Positions 1-13,405 of a stretch of 64,000 nt of DNA are shown piece after piece (position 1 is the stretch's first letter; the number at the start of each line of letters is the position of its first letter). Source of the stretch: an uncultured Acidimicrobiales bacterium (GTDB lineage Bacteria; Actinomycetota; Acidimicrobiia; Acidimicrobiales; CAWCAL01); assembly GCA_963695075.1 (NCBI GenBank), contig CAVOFR010000005.1:196352-260351 (forward strand), read 5' to 3'. A program made the position numbers and the translations under genes. Below the pieces are notes generated by a model. The model had not been told where the DNA came from, made no database searches, and saw only the letters and a program-made list of their open reading frames with translations.

Positions 1-149
1 TGGCCAACGTCGTGGTTGTCATCGAGGAGCTCGAACGGGCCAAGCCGGCCTCGGCCAAGGGCCGCTATCTCAAGAAGGTCGGCCTGTCGTCGACCATGGG
101 ACCGGGAGTGAAGATCGATCCGTCCCGCGTCGAGGCGGCCGTCACCTGA
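1..149 (+). CDS. rplA: 50S ribosomal protein L1, C-terminal end (5' part lies upstream of the window)
   Basis: Open frame from the window edge reads ...[45 protein letters not shown], with stop TGA at 147-149. It lies directly upstream of rplJ-rplL, as in the conserved rplKAJL cluster. Confidence 0.85.
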   Translation, partial: ANVVVVIEELERAKPASAKGRYLKKVGLSSTMGPGVKIDPSRVEAAVT

Positions 150-381
150 TCTTTCGGCCCCTGGAGACTCGGCTGCGGTTCGCCGCCCCTCGTCCGCTAC
201 GCTGACCGCCACAATCCAGACGTTCTGCTCGCCGTAGACATCCGGTCAGCCTTCTTGGCTCGGTAAGTGGTTCCATCGCTTCGACGGAACCCGCCTGACG
301 AGGTGGACACCTCCAGACCTCTTTCGGTTCGTTGGCGTCCGCTCACGCGGACGCAGGACCCGATGACAGAGAGGAGGTGCA
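150..381 (+). promoter_or_regulatory. rplJ 5' leader (candidate L10-leader autoregulatory region)
   Basis: 232-nt non-coding spacer. Perfect 8-bp hairpin GCGTCCGC-TCAC-GCGGACGC at 335-354. GAGGAGG Shine-Dalgarno at 371-377. L10-L12 autoregulation through the leader is known in other bacteria; the fold is not verified here. Confidence 0.3.
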
Positions 382-1110
382 ATGGAGAATCCCCGACCCG
401 AGAAGGTTGCGGTCGTCGACGAGATTCGGGGCCGGCTGGAAGAAGCCGATGCCACGGTCGTCACCGAGTACCGGGGGCTCGACGTCTCGTCCATCCAGAC
501 ACTTCGCCGGGCACTCAGCGACGCCGGAGCGGACTACAAGGTGTACAAGAACACCCTGGCTCGTTTCGCGGCGCGCGATGCCGGTTTGGACATCGAGGAT
601 CAACTGGTGGGTCCCACGGCCTTCGCTTTCACGGCGACCAAGGCCGACGGCTCACCCGGTGATCCCGTCCTGCTGGCCAAGGCCCTCAAGGAGTTCGCCA
701 AGGCCAACGAAGCGTTGGTCATCAAGGGCGGCATCATGGACGGCGCATTGTTGTCACCCGACGACCTGAATGCGTTGGCCGAGGTGGCCCCGCGCGAGGA
801 GCTGCTGGCCCGGTTCGCCGGCTTGCTGGCGGCACCGATGCAGCGGATGGCCGGCCTGTTGGCTGCGGTGCCCCGCGATTTCGCGTACGGACTCCAAGCA
901 CTGATCGACAAGCAAGGCGGCGTCCCCGACGTTGAATCCTCGGCTCCCGCCGAGGAGTCGACCGACGAGGAACCGACGCCGGACACGACAGACCCCGACA
1001 GCTCAGACGCTGCCCCGGCCGATGCCGAGGCAGCAGATACCGACGGCGGCGAAACCGTCTCCGCCCAGGGCGGAGATGCCGCCCCCGCAACCGAAGAAAG
1101 CGAAGAATGA
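382..1110 (+). CDS. rplJ: 50S ribosomal protein L10 with a long acidic C-terminal extension
   Basis: The N-terminus [45 protein letters not shown] is a typical L10 domain. At 242 aa it is longer than typical L10 proteins as I recall them (~165-180 aa). The stop overlaps the rplL ATG (ATGA at 1107-1110). Confidence 0.95.
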   Translation: MENPRPEKVAVVDEIRGRLEEADATVVTEYRGLDVSSIQTLRRALSDAGADYKVYKNTLARFAARDAGLDIEDQLVGPTAFAFTATKADGSPGDPVLLAKALKEFAKANEALVIKGGIMDGALLSPDDLNALAEVAPREELLARFAGLLAAPMQRMAGLLAAVPRDFAYGLQALIDKQGGVPDVESSAPAEESTDEEPTPDTTDPDSSDAAPADAEAADTDGGETVSAQGGDAAPATEESEE

Positions 1111-1493
1111 TGACCAAGGAAGACATCCTCGACGCCATCGCCGAGATGAGCGTGCTCGAACTGAGCGAACTACTGAAGGACTTCGAGGAGAAGTTCGACG
1201 TGACCGCCGCGGCTCCTGCCGTGGCGGTGGCTGCTGCCCCCGGCGCCGGCGGCGACGGCGCAGCTGCCGAGGAAGAGCAGGACGAGTTCGACGTGGTACT
1301 CACCGCGGCGGGCGAGAAGAAGATCGGGGTCATCAAGGCTGTGCGCGGCCTGGTGTCCGGTCTGGGCCTGAAGGAAGCAAAGGAGATGGTCGAGAGCGCC
1401 CCAAAGGCGATTCTCGAAGGTGTCTCGAAGGAAGAGGCCGAGAAGGCCAAGGAGGCCCTCGAAGGCGAAGGCGCCCAAGTCGATCTCAAGTAG
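1107..1493 (+). CDS. rplL: 50S ribosomal protein L7/L12
   Basis: 128 aa. Contains the N-terminal dimerisation helix, an Ala/Gly/Pro hinge and the C-terminal domain [59 protein letters not shown]. Confidence 0.97.
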   Translation: MMTKEDILDAIAEMSVLELSELLKDFEEKFDVTAAAPAVAVAAAPGAGGDGAAAEEEQDEFDVVLTAAGEKKIGVIKAVRGLVSGLGLKEAKEMVESAPKAILEGVSKEEAEKAKEALEGEGAQVDLK

Positions 1494-1573
1494 ATCGATC
1501 ATGTGACGGTCGATCTCAAGTAGATCGATCATGTGACGGTCGATCTCGAGTAGATCGATCATGTGACGGTCGA
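1479..1573 (+). repeat. Tandem repeat, 3 full copies of a 30-bp unit plus a 5-bp partial copy, starting inside the last four rplL codons
   Basis: Unit is GTCGATCTCAAGTAGATCGATCATGTGACG. Copies lie at 1479-1508, 1509-1538 and 1539-1568 (the third has one A>G change), followed by GTCGA. Each unit contains the inverted repeat TCGATCT-CAAGT-AGATCGA. Confidence 0.95.
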
Positions 1574-1574
1574 A

Positions 1575-1603
1575 GGGGACAGATCCCGCTGGGGTCTGTC
1601 CCC
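1575..1603 (+). terminator. GC-rich hairpin after rplL and the repeat array
   Basis: GGGGACAGA (1575-1583) pairs with TCTGTCCCC (1595-1603) around an 11-nt loop. There is no strong U-tract, which I understand to be common in high-GC actinobacteria. Confidence 0.5.
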
Positions 1604-1683
1604 TCTCCATCCCCCGCCGCCTGGCCTGTCGGGAGTCGCAATCCCTCGCGTTAGGATCCCCGCGCGACCTCAGGGGGATACGC

Positions 1684-3009
1684 ATGGCAGAGTTCTTCAC
1701 CACCGTCTCGGAGCCGATCGCATACGGGGGGCCCGATGCCGAGGACCCGCTGGCGTTCCGCTGGTACGACCCGGACCGCCTGGTCGGCGGGCGGAGGATG
1801 GAGGACCACCTCCGTTTCGCGGTGGCGTACTGGCACAGCTTCGCGTGGGACGGGTCGGACATCTTCGGCGGTGGCTCGCTCGACCGGCCGTGGCTCGGTG
1901 CTCCGGATGCGGTCGCGGGAGCGCGGATGAAGATGGACGCCGCGTTCGAGTTCTTCGAGAAGCTCGGCGTGCCCTTCTTCTGTTTCCACGACCGCGACAT
2001 CGCACCTGAAGGCGTGTCGTTCAAGGAGACCTGCGCCATCCTCGATGAACTGGTCGAGGATGCAGCGGCTCACATGGAGCGGACCGGTACGGGTCTCCTC
2101 TGGGGAACGGCCAACCTGTTCAGCCATCCGCGCTATCAGGCCGGTGCGGCAACCAACCCCGATCCCGAGGTCTTCGCCTACGCCGCGGCTCAGGTCCGTC
2201 ACTGCCTCGACGCGACCCATCGTCTCGGCGGCCACAACTACGTCCTGTGGGGCGGCCGTGAAGGCTACGAGACGCTGCTCAACACCGATCTGGCCCGTGA
2301 GCTCGACCAACTCGGTCGGTTCCTCACCATGGTGGTCGAACACAAGCACGCCATCGGTTTCGAAGGCCAGATCATGCTCGAGCCCAAGCCGTACGAACCT
2401 ACGAAGCACCAGTACGACTTCGACGTGGCCGCGGTGCACGCCTTTCTCCAGCGCCATGACCTGATCGGCGAGGTCACCGTGAACATCGAGGTGAACCACG
2501 CGACGCTGTCGGGCCACGATTTTGCCCACGAGATCGCCGCGGCGTTCTCGGCGGGGATCTTCGGCAGCGTCGACGCCAACGCCGGTGACGATCGGCTCGG
2601 ATGGGACGTCGACCGGTTTCCCGTCTCGGTCGAGCAGATGACCCTCGGGATGTACGAGATCCTCCGCGGTGGCGGTCTGACCAAGGGGGGCTTCAACTTC
2701 GATGCCAAGCTCCGACGCCAGTCGATCGCACGGGACGACCTCTTCCACGCGCACATCGGTGGCATGGACACGACGGCACGGGCGCTCCTGGTGGCGGATG
2801 CAATGCTCCATGACGGTGCGTTGGAGGGGCCCCGAGCCGAGCGCTACTCCGGTTGGGACGGGGATCTGGGTCAACGGATTCTCGGCGGTGACGAGACCCT
2901 GGCCTCGCTCGACGAGCACACCCTCGGCGCCGGCGAGCCGACCCGGGTGTCTGGTCGCCAGGAGGCGCTCGAGAACCTCGTCGCCAGGTACGTCGAGCGG
3001 ACGACATGA
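1684..3009 (+). CDS. xylA: Xylose isomerase, class II (long, E. coli-type)
   Basis: 441 aa. Near-colinear with E. coli XylA motifs: [89 protein letters not shown]. Confidence 0.93.
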   Translation: MAEFFTTVSEPIAYGGPDAEDPLAFRWYDPDRLVGGRRMEDHLRFAVAYWHSFAWDGSDIFGGGSLDRPWLGAPDAVAGARMKMDAAFEFFEKLGVPFFCFHDRDIAPEGVSFKETCAILDELVEDAAAHMERTGTGLLWGTANLFSHPRYQAGAATNPDPEVFAYAAAQVRHCLDATHRLGGHNYVLWGGREGYETLLNTDLARELDQLGRFLTMVVEHKHAIGFEGQIMLEPKPYEPTKHQYDFDVAAVHAFLQRHDLIGEVTVNIEVNHATLSGHDFAHEIAAAFSAGIFGSVDANAGDDRLGWDVDRFPVSVEQMTLGMYEILRGGGLTKGGFNFDAKLRRQSIARDDLFHAHIGGMDTTARALLVADAMLHDGALEGPRAERYSGWDGDLGQRILGGDETLASLDEHTLGAGEPTRVSGRQEALENLVARYVERTT

Positions 3010-4259
3010 CCGAGCTGGCCAACCTGATGGATCCGGCCGTGTACGGCGCCGGCGTCCCGATCGACACCTACGCATGGCTCCGAGCGAACGACCCGATCCA
3101 CTGGGTCGAGCCGTTCGTTCGCACCTTCGAGAACAGCGCGGTCCAGCCCCCGCCCGCCCATGGCTTCTGGGCGCTCACCCGCCACGAGGACGTGTCCCAC
3201 GTCTCGCGACATCCCGAACTGTTCTCGTCCGAACGATCCACCGCCCTGATGGGTGACGTCTGGCCCCACGATCTGTGGATGTGGCGCCAGCAGCTCATCC
3301 ACATGGATCCACCGCGGCACACCCACTTCCGCCGCGTGCTCAGCCAGGGGTTCACGCCGCGCCGCATCCGGGAGCTCCACGAGTTCATCGGCGCCCGGAC
3401 GGTGGCGATCGTCGACGACCTAATCGAGCGCGGGCCATGCGATTTCGTCGATGTCGTGGCCAAGGAGCTGCCGCTGCAGGTGGTGGGACAGTTGTTCGGT
3501 ATGCCACAGGAGGACTTCCCCCTGCTCACCGATTGGACCGATCGCATCATCGGGATCGACGATCCGGGCTCGGGCGGGTCGCCCAACGACGGGCTGCTGG
3601 CCGTCAACGAGTTGTTCGGGTACGTCACCGAGCTCGGCGAGGAGAAGCGTCGCTCACCCGATGGCACCGTGGTCAGTGAACTGGTCAACTCCAGGATCTC
3701 TCCCGGCGACGAGGACGAGGAGCGACCGCTCACGCCTCCCGAGATCAACATGTTCTTCTTCCTGCTCGTCATCGCCGGAAACGAGACCACCCGCAACGCC
3801 CTCAGCGGGGGTGTGCAGGCCCTGTCGGATCACCCTCATCAGCGGCAGCGGTTGGTAGACGATCCGGGGCTACTGGCCCCCGCCACCGACGAGATCGTGC
3901 GGTTCATCAGTCCGGTGATCGCCTTCCGCCGGACGGTCACAGCCGAGACCGAGCTGAGCGGGCACTCGTTCACCGAAGGCGAGAAGGTGGTCCTGTTCTA
4001 CGGTGCCGCAAACCGGGATCCGGCCGTGTTCGACGAGCCCGACGACTTCGACGTCGGTCGTGCCCCCAACCACCACCTGGGTTTCGGGATCGGTACGCAC
4101 TACTGCCTCGGGGCCAACCTGGCCCGGGCCGAGATCACCGCGATGTTCGCCGAGTTGCTCCGACGGGTCCCCGACATCGAAGTCGCCGGTGAGCCGACCC
4201 GCTGGCATTCCACCCTGGTCAACAGCTGGAAGACGATGCCGGTGACGTTCTCGACCTGA
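3006..4259 (+). CDS. Cytochrome P450
   Basis: 417 aa. I-helix AGNETTRN and Cys-ligand loop [14 protein letters not shown]. The ATG overlaps the xylA stop (ATGA). Confidence 0.9.
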   Translation: MTELANLMDPAVYGAGVPIDTYAWLRANDPIHWVEPFVRTFENSAVQPPPAHGFWALTRHEDVSHVSRHPELFSSERSTALMGDVWPHDLWMWRQQLIHMDPPRHTHFRRVLSQGFTPRRIRELHEFIGARTVAIVDDLIERGPCDFVDVVAKELPLQVVGQLFGMPQEDFPLLTDWTDRIIGIDDPGSGGSPNDGLLAVNELFGYVTELGEEKRRSPDGTVVSELVNSRISPGDEDEERPLTPPEINMFFFLLVIAGNETTRNALSGGVQALSDHPHQRQRLVDDPGLLAPATDEIVRFISPVIAFRRTVTAETELSGHSFTEGEKVVLFYGAANRDPAVFDEPDDFDVGRAPNHHLGFGIGTHYCLGANLARAEITAMFAELLRRVPDIEVAGEPTRWHSTLVNSWKTMPVTFST

Positions 4260-4354
4260 GGTCGGCCGAGCCTCAACTCCGGCCGGTCCGGTCCGATGGA
4301 ACACGAACCAGGCGGAACCATGCCGCCTGCAGTTCCTCGGAGGGAACCCAAACC

Positions 4355-5749
4355 ATGCATCGACTCGCACGCGTCCTCGGGACGTTCACCCTCATCGCCA
4401 CGGTGCTCGTGGTCGTCGGAGCGGGCCCGGCACAAGCCGCACCATCGTCTTCCTACTACGGGACCCGCTCGCCCATGGACTTCAGCGGTACCGACTACAC
4501 CCAGCCCGACCCGGCCAGTACGAACGACGGTGTGTGGTTCTTCGCGGCCGACGGCACGTCGACCTTCGTCGAGGAGGAACTGGGCCAGGTCGCCGGTATC
4601 GACGGCTCGAAGGACGTCCACGCCGGATTGACCACTTTCGACTTCGGTGCCGGCGGCAAGCGGAACATGACCGTCTACGTGGACCAGGGCCTGTTCGATT
4701 CGGCCGGGGGCGGCCCGTACGCGCCGTCGTGTTCCGGCTTCGACGCGCTGTTCGAGGCGATCAAGCCCGGTGGTCTGATCGACTCGACCTGTGTGGCGTT
4801 CAAGAAGACGTTCTTCGCCGGCAAGGGCTCAGGCGCGGACTACGAGTTCCAGGGCTACGGGGGCTTCCGCGACGCAACCGACAATCCCGTCGGCAGCGAC
4901 CCCGACCGCGCGTCGGGCGGTGACTACCCGGATCCGGGCCTCACCGTCGCCCGCTACCAGGGATCGGCCTCGCCCTTCACCTACGGCGGCACGGACTTCA
5001 CCGGATCGGTGACGGGAGAGTCCGGAGCAGGGGCCAGTTGGCTTCCGATGCAGTCCGGTCCGCTCTTCGTCAGCGGTCCTCCCAAGCCACTGCCGTCCTT
5101 CCCGGCGGTGGGGCCGGCCGGTCAGATCGCATCGGTCCACGCCGTCCTGCTCGACGCCGGCGCCGCCCGTGCGACCCTCTTCGTCGATGGCGCGCTCTTC
5201 TCGGCGCTCAATCCGTCCGGGCCGTTCGACGAGTCCTGCCCCGGTTTCGAGGACTTCCTCACCGCCGTGGGGGCAGGCGGGATCACGTGCGTGGCGTTCG
5301 GAGCGAACGTGTTCAGCGCTCCGACCAAGGTCGGTGAAGACTTCACCTGCGAGGGGGTCCAGGGCAACTGGACCGACAGCAAGGGTGACCCGGTCGGCGA
5401 GGATCCCACCATCACCGAAGGTTTCGAACCACCCGCGCTGACCCCCATCGGGGTCACGACCGGACCGGGCGTGTGCGTGCTCGCCGAGACCGCCGAGCCC
5501 GAGCCCACGACCACGGTTCCGCCCACGCCGGTGCCGACCCCGACGACCGTCGCTCCCACCCCGGCGCCGCCGCCGCCGAGCAACCTCAGCAGCGGCACAC
5601 CGTCGACGTTGCCGGCCACGGGGTCGAGCTCGTGGGCGCTGGTTCTGGCCGGAGCTCTCGCCATCGGCCTGGGTATCGGTGCCATGGCGCTGCGTCCCAA
5701 GCCGGCCGCAAGCGAGGACCGGGCTGGCCGGAAGTCCACCGTGGATTGA
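4355..5749 (+). CDS. Secreted, sortase-anchored (LPXTG-type) surface protein with an internal domain duplication
   Basis: N-terminal signal peptide (LIATVLVVVGAGPAQA). A Pro/Thr-rich stalk is followed by LPATG, a hydrophobic helix and a basic tail. Two homologous ~90-aa segments are present. Confidence 0.8.
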   Translation: MHRLARVLGTFTLIATVLVVVGAGPAQAAPSSSYYGTRSPMDFSGTDYTQPDPASTNDGVWFFAADGTSTFVEEELGQVAGIDGSKDVHAGLTTFDFGAGGKRNMTVYVDQGLFDSAGGGPYAPSCSGFDALFEAIKPGGLIDSTCVAFKKTFFAGKGSGADYEFQGYGGFRDATDNPVGSDPDRASGGDYPDPGLTVARYQGSASPFTYGGTDFTGSVTGESGAGASWLPMQSGPLFVSGPPKPLPSFPAVGPAGQIASVHAVLLDAGAARATLFVDGALFSALNPSGPFDESCPGFEDFLTAVGAGGITCVAFGANVFSAPTKVGEDFTCEGVQGNWTDSKGDPVGEDPTITEGFEPPALTPIGVTTGPGVCVLAETAEPEPTTTVPPTPVPTPTTVAPTPAPPPPSNLSSGTPSTLPATGSSSWALVLAGALAIGLGIGAMALRPKPAASEDRAGRKSTVD

Positions 5750-5795
5750 CCGAAATGCCGCCGCCGATCGGGACGGTCTCCGGTAGACCGTACCC

Positions 5796-7611
5796 ATGGA
5801 CCGGCCATCCGATGATCCCGAGTGCGTTACGGGGACAGACCCCGTAACGCACTCGATCGGGGAGGGTCCGCCCGTGCATTGGCGGGATTTCTTTCTCCTC
5901 CTCGGCGGTCATCGGCGACATCTCGCGGCCATGGGTGCGGTCCTGGCGATCAGCGCGGCCATTCCCCTGGCGGGCCCCTTGCTTCTGCGAGCGTTCGTCG
6001 ATCGCGCCATCGCGGGAGAGCCGGCCGATCGGCTGGTCCCCCTGGCCGTCGGCTATGTGTGCTTGGCGCTCGTCGGTCAGGCTCTGGCCGTCGGCGTCGT
6101 CTACGTCTCGACCTCGCTCGTGTGGCAGGTCACCAATGACCTGCGGGTCGGTCTGGCGCGACACGTGCTCGGCCTCGGTCTGGCCTTCCACCAGCGGAAC
6201 TCTCCGGGTTCGTTGGCCGAGCGGGTCGATGGTGATCTGACCGCGGTCGCCGACTACCTGGCGACCTTCGTCGTGCGGGTGGTCGGTGCGCTGCTGACCG
6301 TGGTGGGTGCGGTCGTCGTTCTCCTGTTCATCGACTGGCGGCTGGCCGTCCTCTTCGCCGCCTACGCGGGCGCAGCGGGCGTGACATTCTTGAAGATCCG
6401 CGACGCCGGGGTGGTCAGCGCCGCAGATGAGCGTGGCGCGCAGTCGCGTCTCTCCGGGGACATCGAGGAGCAGCTCGTGGGACAACAGGACCTTCGGGCA
6501 TCGGGCGCCGGCGGTTACGCCCTCGGGCGGTTCCATCACAACGCCCGTGCCGTGCTCGGGTCGACCGTGGAGCTCGAACGATCCGTTCTGTGGCTGTGGC
6601 ACACGGCCACGCTGGCGGTCGGTGGTGGAGCGGTCGTCGCGCTCGTGTCGGGGACGCTGGCCTTTCGGGCCGGTTGGATCACGCTCGGCACGGCCTTCCT
6701 CCTGTTCCAGTACACGCAGGTTCTCCAGCAGCCGCTCGAAGCGATGGTCGAACAGCTCCAGGACGTGCAGAAGGCGTCGGGCGGGATGCACCGGGTCCGG
6801 GCCCTGCTCGACGAGCAACGCCCGGACCGGCCGAGGGGTCGCGCTGCGTTTCCTGGCAGCGTGCCGGCGCTGGTCTTCCGCGGGACCGAGCTGTCCTATG
6901 ACGATGAGGAGGATCGACAGGCGGTGCTCCGCTGTATCGACCTCGAGATCCCCTCCGGTGAGAGCCTCGGCCTGATGGGCCGAACGGGCAGCGGCAAGAC
7001 GACGATGATGCGGCTGGCGACCGGGCTGCTGGCCCCGACCGGGGGGCGGGTGCTGCTCGGTGACATCGACGTCTGGTCGATCGAACCGGCGGCGCTGAGC
7101 GCTCACATCGGGGTGGTACCCCAAGAGGTGCGGCTGTTCGCCGCATCGGTCCGCGAGAACGTGACGCTGTTCGACCCCACGGTTGAGGACAGGGCGGTGG
7201 TCGAGGTCCTCGAGCGGGTCGGACTGGCGGATCGGCTGCTGGGAAATCGCGATGCGTTGGACGTGGAGCTGGGTGGCGATGCGGCCGGTCTCTCCGCCGG
7301 AGAGGCCCAGTTGCTGGCGCTGGCCCGGGTGTTCCTTCGCGATCCCCGGTTCGTCGTGCTCGACGAGGCCACGGCCCGGATCGATCCGAGCACCGAGGCG
7401 AGGCTCCGAGCGCGCCATCGGGGAGGTGTTGCGCGGCCGAACGGCACTGCTGATCGCTCATCGGATCTCCACCCTCACCCACGTAGATCGGCTGGCCGTG
7501 CTCGAAGACGGTGTCATCGTCGAACACGGCACGAGGGCCGCCCTCCTGGCCGATGCCGGTGTCTACGCCCGGCTCGAGGTGCTCGCCGCGAGCGAGGAGG
7601 TCGCGCCGTGA
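5796..7611 (+). CDS. ABC exporter subunit 1 (fused TMD-NBD), interrupted by a 1-nt frameshift at ~7404-7408
   Basis: Six-helix TMD followed by Walker A GRTGSGKTT, signature LSAGEAQ and Walker B FVVLDEAT in frame 3. The H-loop and C-terminus (ERAIGEVLRGRTALLIAHRISTL...EEVAP*) continue in frame 1. The length of 1816 nt equals 3n+1. Confidence 0.75.
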
Positions 7612-9293
7612 AGGATCGATCCACGGCGCGGCCCGGGGTCTGGAAGCTCTCCTACCGGGTAGCCACCAACCGCAGCGATCTCTTCTGGACCCCGTGGATC
7701 GGTTGGTTCCTGTTCTTCGTTTCGCCGGTCATCGGTGGGCTCATCATGCGGCTCATCTTCGATGCCGTGGCCGATCCCGACAGCGGGAGCCGCCCGTACG
7801 TGCTCATCGCCGCGTTCAGCGCCGTCGAGATCGGCCGCCGGTTGGTCGTGCATTCGGCGGCCCTGGTCTGGATCCGGTCCTGGGTGATGATGCAGGCGGT
7901 CCAGCAGGCGAACATGCTCGAGTGTCAGGTCGTCGGGGGAGGCCCCGATGCCGGCCCGCTGGTGGACCGGCCCGGCGAGATCGTGAGCCGGTTCCGCGAC
8001 GATCCCGAGGACGTGGCGTGGTTCGTCGACAGCTGGGTCGACGTCTCCGGTGCCGCCGCGTTCGCCGTGCTGGCCGGGATGGTGCTGGTCTCCATCGATC
8101 CGGCCATGGCGTTGGTCGTGTTCGTGCCGATGGTCGGCGTCGGCGTGCTGACCCGGGTGCTCGGTGCGCTGGTCAAGCAGGCGCATCGGGCCGATCTCGA
8201 GGCGGCATCGCGCGTCAACGGTGTGCTGCGCGACGTGTTCCAGGCCGCGCCGGTCCTCGACCTCCACGGCGCGGTCGAGGACGCGCTGAGCGAGGTCGAG
8301 CGGCGCGGTCGGGTTCGGCGAAGGACCGCGGTGCGCAACCGGGCCCTGACCGAGAGCATCGGTGCGGCGTCGTGGTCGAGCGCCGATGTGGCGATCGGAC
8401 TGGCCCTGCTGGTCTCGGTCGGATCGATGCGATCGGGAGAGTTCACCATCGGCGATCTGGCGCTCGTGGTCTCCTACATGAGCTGGCTGGCCTTCTTCCC
8501 GCGGATGATGGGCCAGCTCCTCACCCGGCGCCGTCAGGCCGAGGTGGCGTTCGAGCGCATGGAGGCCCTGACCGGTTCGGGGGTCGAGACCGTGGTGCGG
8601 CCGCGCCCGATGCGGATCGACGAGCCGGATGTCGAGCCCGACCGGCCGGAGGTGCTTCGGCGCCGCCCGCTTCGGACCCTCACCGTCCGGGGGTTGACGG
8701 CGACCTTCGACGGGGCCGGGGGTGTGTCCGGGGCCGACCTCGACATCGAACGGGGAACGCTGACCGTCGTGGCCGGACCCGTCGGAGCCGGTAAGACCTC
8801 GCTCCTGCGAGCGCTCATCGGACTGATCCCCTCGACCGGCTCGGTCCGCTGGAACGGCGAGGAGATCGCCGACCTGGGTGCGTTCATGGTCCCGCCTCAC
8901 TGTGCCTACCTCGCCCAGGTTCCGGCGCTCTTCACCGACACACTGATGGAGAACGTCCGGCTCGGGGCTCGAGTCTCCGACGACGAGGTGCGCGCCGCCA
9001 TCGCCACGGCGGCGCTCGAGGACGACGTTGCGGACATGCCGCACGGGGCGGACACGCTGGTCGGGTCGAGAGGGGTGCGGCTCAGCGGAGGTCAGCGCCA
9101 GCGCCTGGCCGTGGCCCGCGCCAGGGTGCGCGACCCCGAGCTGCTGGTCATCGACGACCTCTCCAGTGCGGTCGACGTCGAGACCGAGGTGGCGCTCTGG
9201 AGCCACCTGAGAGCCGAGGGCCGCACGGTCCTGGCGGTCTCCAACCGAGCGCTGGCACTCCGCCGCGCCGATCAGGTGGTCGAGCTGCCCTGA
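7608..9293 (+). CDS. ABC exporter subunit 2 (fused TMD-NBD) with degenerate catalytic motifs
   Basis: GTG at 7608 overlaps the frame-1 stop of subunit 1 (GTGA). Motifs: Walker A GPVGAGKTS, signature LSGGQRQ, Walker B LLVIDDLS (D instead of catalytic E), and H-loop position LAVSNR (N instead of H). Confidence 0.8.
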   Translation: MKDRSTARPGVWKLSYRVATNRSDLFWTPWIGWFLFFVSPVIGGLIMRLIFDAVADPDSGSRPYVLIAAFSAVEIGRRLVVHSAALVWIRSWVMMQAVQQANMLECQVVGGGPDAGPLVDRPGEIVSRFRDDPEDVAWFVDSWVDVSGAAAFAVLAGMVLVSIDPAMALVVFVPMVGVGVLTRVLGALVKQAHRADLEAASRVNGVLRDVFQAAPVLDLHGAVEDALSEVERRGRVRRRTAVRNRALTESIGAASWSSADVAIGLALLVSVGSMRSGEFTIGDLALVVSYMSWLAFFPRMMGQLLTRRRQAEVAFERMEALTGSGVETVVRPRPMRIDEPDVEPDRPEVLRRRPLRTLTVRGLTATFDGAGGVSGADLDIERGTLTVVAGPVGAGKTSLLRALIGLIPSTGSVRWNGEEIADLGAFMVPPHCAYLAQVPALFTDTLMENVRLGARVSDDEVRAAIATAALEDDVADMPHGADTLVGSRGVRLSGGQRQRLAVARARVRDPELLVIDDLSSAVDVETEVALWSHLRAEGRTVLAVSNRALALRRADQVVELP

Positions 9294-9565
9294 CCGACGG
9301 GAGCTGTGCTCTCCCGCTCGACCACGTCCCAGGCCCATCGAACAAGTGAGAACTGCCGGTGCGTCGGTTCCGGAATAGGCAACTCGATGGCCGCCCGCTG
9401 CGACGACCCGACGGTCATTCGGTACCGAACCGTAGAGACGACGGTCACGGCGACGGCCTCCGCGTCGTCTGGCACACCGTCCCCTTCGCGCTGACCCGGT
9501 GTCTTCGGCTGGCGAACGGAGCTTGGCGGCCGCCGCCCCGCCGTTCAGCTGTAACACGCCTACCC

Positions 9566-9594
9566 TTGACCTGTGACGGCCGGACCCTTACCCT
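9566..9594 (+). promoter_or_regulatory. Candidate sigma-A-type promoter for rpoBC
   Basis: TTGACC (9566-9571), a 17-nt spacer, then TACCCT (9589-9594, fits TANNNT). This would give a ~210-nt leader before the rpoB TTG start. Confidence 0.35.
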
Positions 9595-9808
9595 GCGTCT
9601 AGCGCTGGCTCCGGGTCAGACTGTCGAGCCGCGCCCAGGGTTGTGCATCGCGCCTTGTACGCACTAGCCTTTCCCTTGCCGTGCCCGTCCGTTCTGTATT
9701 CCACGTTTTTCCCGTGGTTCCAGCGCGCCCGGGCCCGGATTCGAGCCCGTGCCCCTGACCCCCGTCAAGCCCCCACAGCCAGCCCTTTGCGTATCTGAGG
9801 AGTAGGCG

Positions 9809-13405
<3,597 letters not shown>

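Noticed and set aside
1479-1573. The 30-bp repeat array as a CRISPR locus
   Set aside because: The units are directly adjacent with no spacers, there are only three copies, and the first copy is part of the rplL coding sequence.
5796-9293. Single 1165-aa ORF that could be read as a natural fused double ABC transporter
   Set aside because: Residues ~540-605 of the ORF are nonsense (RARHRGGVARPNGTADRSSDLHPHPRRSAGRARRR...). The canonical H-loop and C-terminus of NBD1 lie in another frame ending at 7611. A GTGA-coupled start for subunit 2 exists at 7608. Programmed frameshifting was also considered, but I see no slippery heptamer or stimulatory structure; the site is just CTCC.
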